Positions 61,246 through 64,000 of a stretch of 64,000 nucleotides of DNA are shown here, piece after piece; positions within the stretch are counted from its first letter, which is position 1, and each line of letters begins with the position of its first letter. The notes beneath the pieces are model-generated. The model made no database searches and was not told the DNA's origin. It saw only the letters and a list, made by a program, of their open reading frames with translations. Source of the DNA: a virus; IMG/VR virus record IMGVR_UViG_3300027659_003120, positions 1-64,000 of that record, one strand, 5' to 3'. The translations under genes were made by a program, and so were the position numbers.

Positions 61246-61628
61246 GTAATCCATTTGAATATGTAAATCAAATTCTGCAGGGTAAAAAGCAGTTAATTGT
61301 TGATGGTGCGACCGAGAAATTATATGAGCCATTTCTCGTAAATCGGGCGCTTTCCTACCACAAAGACTGTATTATGTATGCTAATGAGATGAATCGTAGG
61401 CATTTCATAGATAAAAAACTACAGAATGATTTTTTGATAAATACTATTAGGTCCTATAAAAGACCTTTCAATAAGTGGATTAAGGCTGAAAAAAGTGAAG
61501 ATATAGCATGTATAAAGACCTATTTTGGTCTCTCGGATGCTAAAGCACGGGAAGCATTAAAACTCCTTAATGAAGAGCAAATCCTAGAATTAAAAGAAAA
61601 AACCGATATTGGCGGATTAAGGAAATGA
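61242..61628 (+). CDS. gp62: Clamp loader small subunit gp62
   Basis: YEPFLVNRALS; ANEMN; KAREAL; C-terminal GG. Confidence 0.9.
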   Translation: MSNPFEYVNQILQGKKQLIVDGATEKLYEPFLVNRALSYHKDCIMYANEMNRRHFIDKKLQNDFLINTIRSYKRPFNKWIKAEKSEDIACIKTYFGLSDAKAREALKLLNEEQILELKEKTDIGGLRK

Positions 61629-61629
61629 A

Positions 61630-62025
61630 ATGGTTAATTTATCAACCTTTATTGAGGTGTCACTAAAAGAACAAGATGATTTCTTGAAAGTGCGGGAAAC
61701 ATTAACCAGAATTGGTGTGTCTTCTCGTAGAGAAAAGATTTTATATCAGTCGTGTCATATTTTACATAAAAGAGGCCAATATTATATTGTCCATTTCAAA
61801 GAGCTATTTGCTTTGGATGGTAAAGACTCAAGTATAGTAGATAATGATATAGAAAGACGAAATGCCATAGCAAAGCTTTTAGAAGAATGGGAATTGGTAA
61901 AAATTGTTAATCCAGAAATTATGATAGATAAAATTGCACCAATACATCAAATTAAAATTATATCATTTCGTGAAAAAGACCAGTGGGAATTAGTAAGTAA
62001 GTATAACATCGGAAAAAAACTTTAA
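61630..62025 (+). CDS. regA: Translational repressor RegA
   Basis: DDFLKVRETLTRIG; LYQSCHILHK.G.Y.IVHFKELF. Confidence 0.97.
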   Translation: MVNLSTFIEVSLKEQDDFLKVRETLTRIGVSSRREKILYQSCHILHKRGQYYIVHFKELFALDGKDSSIVDNDIERRNAIAKLLEEWELVKIVNPEIMIDKIAPIHQIKIISFREKDQWELVSKYNIGKKL

Positions 62026-62042
62026 TGGTTGTTGAATATATT

Positions 62043-62228
62043 ATGAGAATAATTAAAGAAAAAATTGTAGAACTAAAAAATATATACTCTGGAGAGATTG
62101 TTTTCTCTAGTAATTTGTATGAAAAAAGAGTTGATGGCACAATGACATTTATTCAAGTTTATAAATCGGAAGATCCGCAAAGAAAATATCTTGTAAATTC
62201 TGCTGCGTTTGTAAAAGTGCATAAATAA
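62043..62228 (+). CDS. Hypothetical protein
   Basis: Small ORF after regA; start could also be 62025. Confidence 0.5.
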   Translation: MRIIKEKIVELKNIYSGEIVFSSNLYEKRVDGTMTFIQVYKSEDPQRKYLVNSAAFVKVHK

Positions 62229-62230
62229 AA

Positions 62231-62352
62231 GTACCCACCTTAGGGCTGTTTGATGCTACGGTATAAGGCGTCCGTGTAATTACACCTTCAGTACGTTAAT
62301 CTGGACCAGTATAAGGTAAGCTGGAGTTATGCCTTCGGGATAACATTTTTTT
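62231..62352 (+). ncRNA. Candidate structured RNA (two pseudoknots, kissing loop, cUUCGg hairpin)
   Basis: Locally GC-richer intergenic tract; manual pairing described in findings; CATAAATA at 62220 upstream. Confidence 0.55.
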
Positions 62353-62354
62353 AA

Positions 62355-62371
62355 CTTGCTTTTTAAAGGAG
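62355..62371 (+). promoter_or_regulatory. ROSE-like RNA thermometer hairpin
   Basis: cUUGCUu pairs with aAGGAg with a bulged G, sequestering the SD. Confidence 0.55.
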
Positions 62372-62380
62372 AAAACAACT

Positions 62381-62596
62381 ATGTTGTTATACGCAAACAT
62401 GGCTATTGATGCGATTCAAAATGCCAAAAATACCTTTCTTGACAACTCTGTTAAGGAAGAATCTATTAAAAAACCACTCAAAGCATTTGTTGAATCTCAA
62501 AGAGTATTCACTAAACAAATAGCTAAGTCTTTTTCTGATATAACTACAGCATACTCATCATATGATTATGCTAGTATCTTTAAACCGACTAAGTAA
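62381..62596 (+). CDS. Small amphipathic helical protein (phasin-like, tentative)
   Basis: Strong SD aaggag; amphipathic pattern. Confidence 0.55.
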   Translation: MLLYANMAIDAIQNAKNTFLDNSVKEESIKKPLKAFVESQRVFTKQIAKSFSDITTAYSSYDYASIFKPTK

Positions 62597-62615
62597 TTTT
62601 TTAAAGGAGAACTAT

Positions 62616-63065
62616 ATGACATTGCATAAATTTACACACCTGTATCCTTCGGTTGTTGGATTTGATAGACTTTTAGATACCTTTGATAATATGTTATCTG
62701 AAAAACCTACAACATTTCCACCACATAATATTATTAAAATTGATGACAATAATTATTCTGTTGAACTAGCAGTTGCTGGTTTCAATGAAGATGAAATTAG
62801 TGTTGAAATTTTAAAAGGTAATTTGACCATCAGTGGCACAAAAAGAAAAACTGAAGGAGAAACAAATTATCTATATCATGGAATTGGCGTTCGTTCATTT
62901 CAAAAGAATGTTAGATTAGCTGATACTGTAGAGGTTGCAGGAGCAATTTTAGATAATGGTATTCTTACTGTGAAACTTGTTAATATTACACCGATTGAAA
63001 AACAACCGGTAAAAATTGCAATTAAAACAGTAGGTAAAACTCAACTTTTGCAAGAAAGAGTTTAA
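62616..63065 (+). CDS. hsp20: Small heat shock protein Hsp20/IbpA
   Basis: GFDRL; FPPHNI; ELAVAGF; GI..RSF; A.LDNGIL; SD aaggag before ATG 62616. Confidence 0.93.
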   Translation: MTLHKFTHLYPSVVGFDRLLDTFDNMLSEKPTTFPPHNIIKIDDNNYSVELAVAGFNEDEISVEILKGNLTISGTKRKTEGETNYLYHGIGVRSFQKNVRLADTVEVAGAILDNGILTVKLVNITPIEKQPVKIAIKTVGKTQLLQERV

Positions 63066-63072
63066 AAAACAC

Positions 63073-63101
63073 TTGACTTTTCTGCCTATTTGTGCTATAA
63101 T
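63073..63101 (+). promoter_or_regulatory. sigma70 promoter
   Basis: TTGACT-17-TATAAT with TG extension. Confidence 0.75.
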
Positions 63102-63126
63102 ACAGCATTAATAGGTAGATTATATT

Positions 63127-64000
63127 ATGAAAATTGCTCTCGCTTCCGACGTACACCTTGAGTTTGGTCAACTTGAAATTAAAAACACCGAGAATGCCGA
63201 TGTGCTTATTCTATCGGGCGATATCTGTGTTGCTAAGGACTTGAATGACCGGGCTGATATTAACATCCTTGGTGAATCACACAAGTCTAATAGATACCAT
63301 GCGTTTTTTCAAAAGTGCTCCGAAGAATTTAAGAATGTGATATACATTGCAGGAAATCATGAGCATTATCACGGTGATTTTGCTGTGTCTATCCCACGAA
63401 TTCGTGAGAAACTTGCATACTTGCCTAACATTCATTTTCTTGATAAAGAGTTTATTGCATTTGATGATGTAACTTTCATTGGTGGTACTCTTTGGACAGA
63501 TATGAACGAAGAAGACCCAAACACACTATACTCAATCAAGAGACATATGAATGATTACCAAATCATTAAGAACTCTAACCGAGAAGTGAGTATTAAGTCG
63601 CCAATCTTTGAAATTAATGATGATGGTTCTACCGATTATACAAAAATTTTAAGTTATCACCGTCAAACTCGTGCAGCAACATTCTGCCCAGAAGATTCTG
63701 TTGAAGACCATAAGGCAATGTTGAACTTTATCCATGAAACTGCTGTAGGTGTACAAGAAAAGTTTGTTGTTGTGGGTCACCACTCGCCATCTAAACTTTC
63801 TACAAAACCTCAATATGAGGATGATGTGATAGTTAATGGCGCTTACTCTTCTGATTTGTCGGAGTTCATTCTGGACCATCCGCAGATTAAGGTATGGACA
63901 CATGGTCACACTCACCATAAGTTTGACTATATGCTTGGCTCTACTCGTATTATCTGCAACCCTCGTGGTTACATTAATTACGAACCAGATGCTGATTTTT
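63127..64000 (+). CDS. Calcineurin-like metallophosphoesterase (3' truncated; absent from the ORF track)
   Basis: Manual translation: MKIALASDVHLEFG, SGDI, GNHEHY, GHH.P, HGHTH, NPRGY. Confidence 0.88.
   Translation, partial: MKIALASDVHLEFGQLEIKNTENADVLILSGDICVAKDLNDRADINILGESHKSNRYHAFFQKCSEEFKNVIYIAGNHEHYHGDFAVSIPRIREKLAYLPNIHFLDKEFIAFDDVTFIGGTLWTDMNEEDPNTLYSIKRHMNDYQIIKNSNREVSIKSPIFEINDDGSTDYTKILSYHRQTRAATFCPEDSVEDHKAMLNFIHETAVGVQEKFVVVGHHSPSKLSTKPQYEDDVIVNGAYSSDLSEFILDHPQIKVWTHGHTHHKFDYMLGSTRIICNPRGYINYEPDADF

Noticed and set aside
62231-62352. tRNA or pistol/hammerhead ribozyme
   Set aside because: No cloverleaf or T-loop; only a short UUAGGGC coincidence with pistol and no recognisable catalytic core
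63649-63918. Minus-strand 89-aa ORF
   Set aside because: Antisense to the + strand metallophosphoesterase that runs off the window

Overview
64-kb AT-rich segment of a large T4-like myovirus genome, with all credible genes on the + strand. 1-20.7 kb: accessory tail/fibre region with three essentially proline-free collagen-like fibres, an S74-chaperoned fibre, a 7x LamG lectin array and a beta-helix adhesin. 20.8-29.6 kb: a sigma70-promoter-driven cluster of glycosyltransferases, a sulfotransferase, an APS-kinase/nucleotidyltransferase fusion, 2OG-Fe(II) oxygenases and methyltransferases. 29.6-44.4 kb: T4 virion module gp13-gp23 and gp3, with Dps inserted between the terminase genes. 44.4-64 kb: uvsY, uvsW, gp55, gp47/46, peptide deformylase, a GREB1/TAGT-like glycosyltransferase cassette, a VWA/MoxR pair, gp45/44/62, regA, hsp20 and a truncated phosphoesterase. 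Best leads: (i) a self-contained glycosylation/sulfation pathway with a putative minimal PAPS synthase next to the collagen fibres; (ii) a ~120-nt multi-pseudoknot RNA plus a ROSE-like hairpin upstream of hsp20; (iii) a perfect antisense sigma70 promoter just upstream of the late sigma factor gp55; (iv) an AUU start for gp14; (v) recurring hairpins joining -10 elements to ribosome-binding sites. All calls come from manual motif recognition; no database searches were run.
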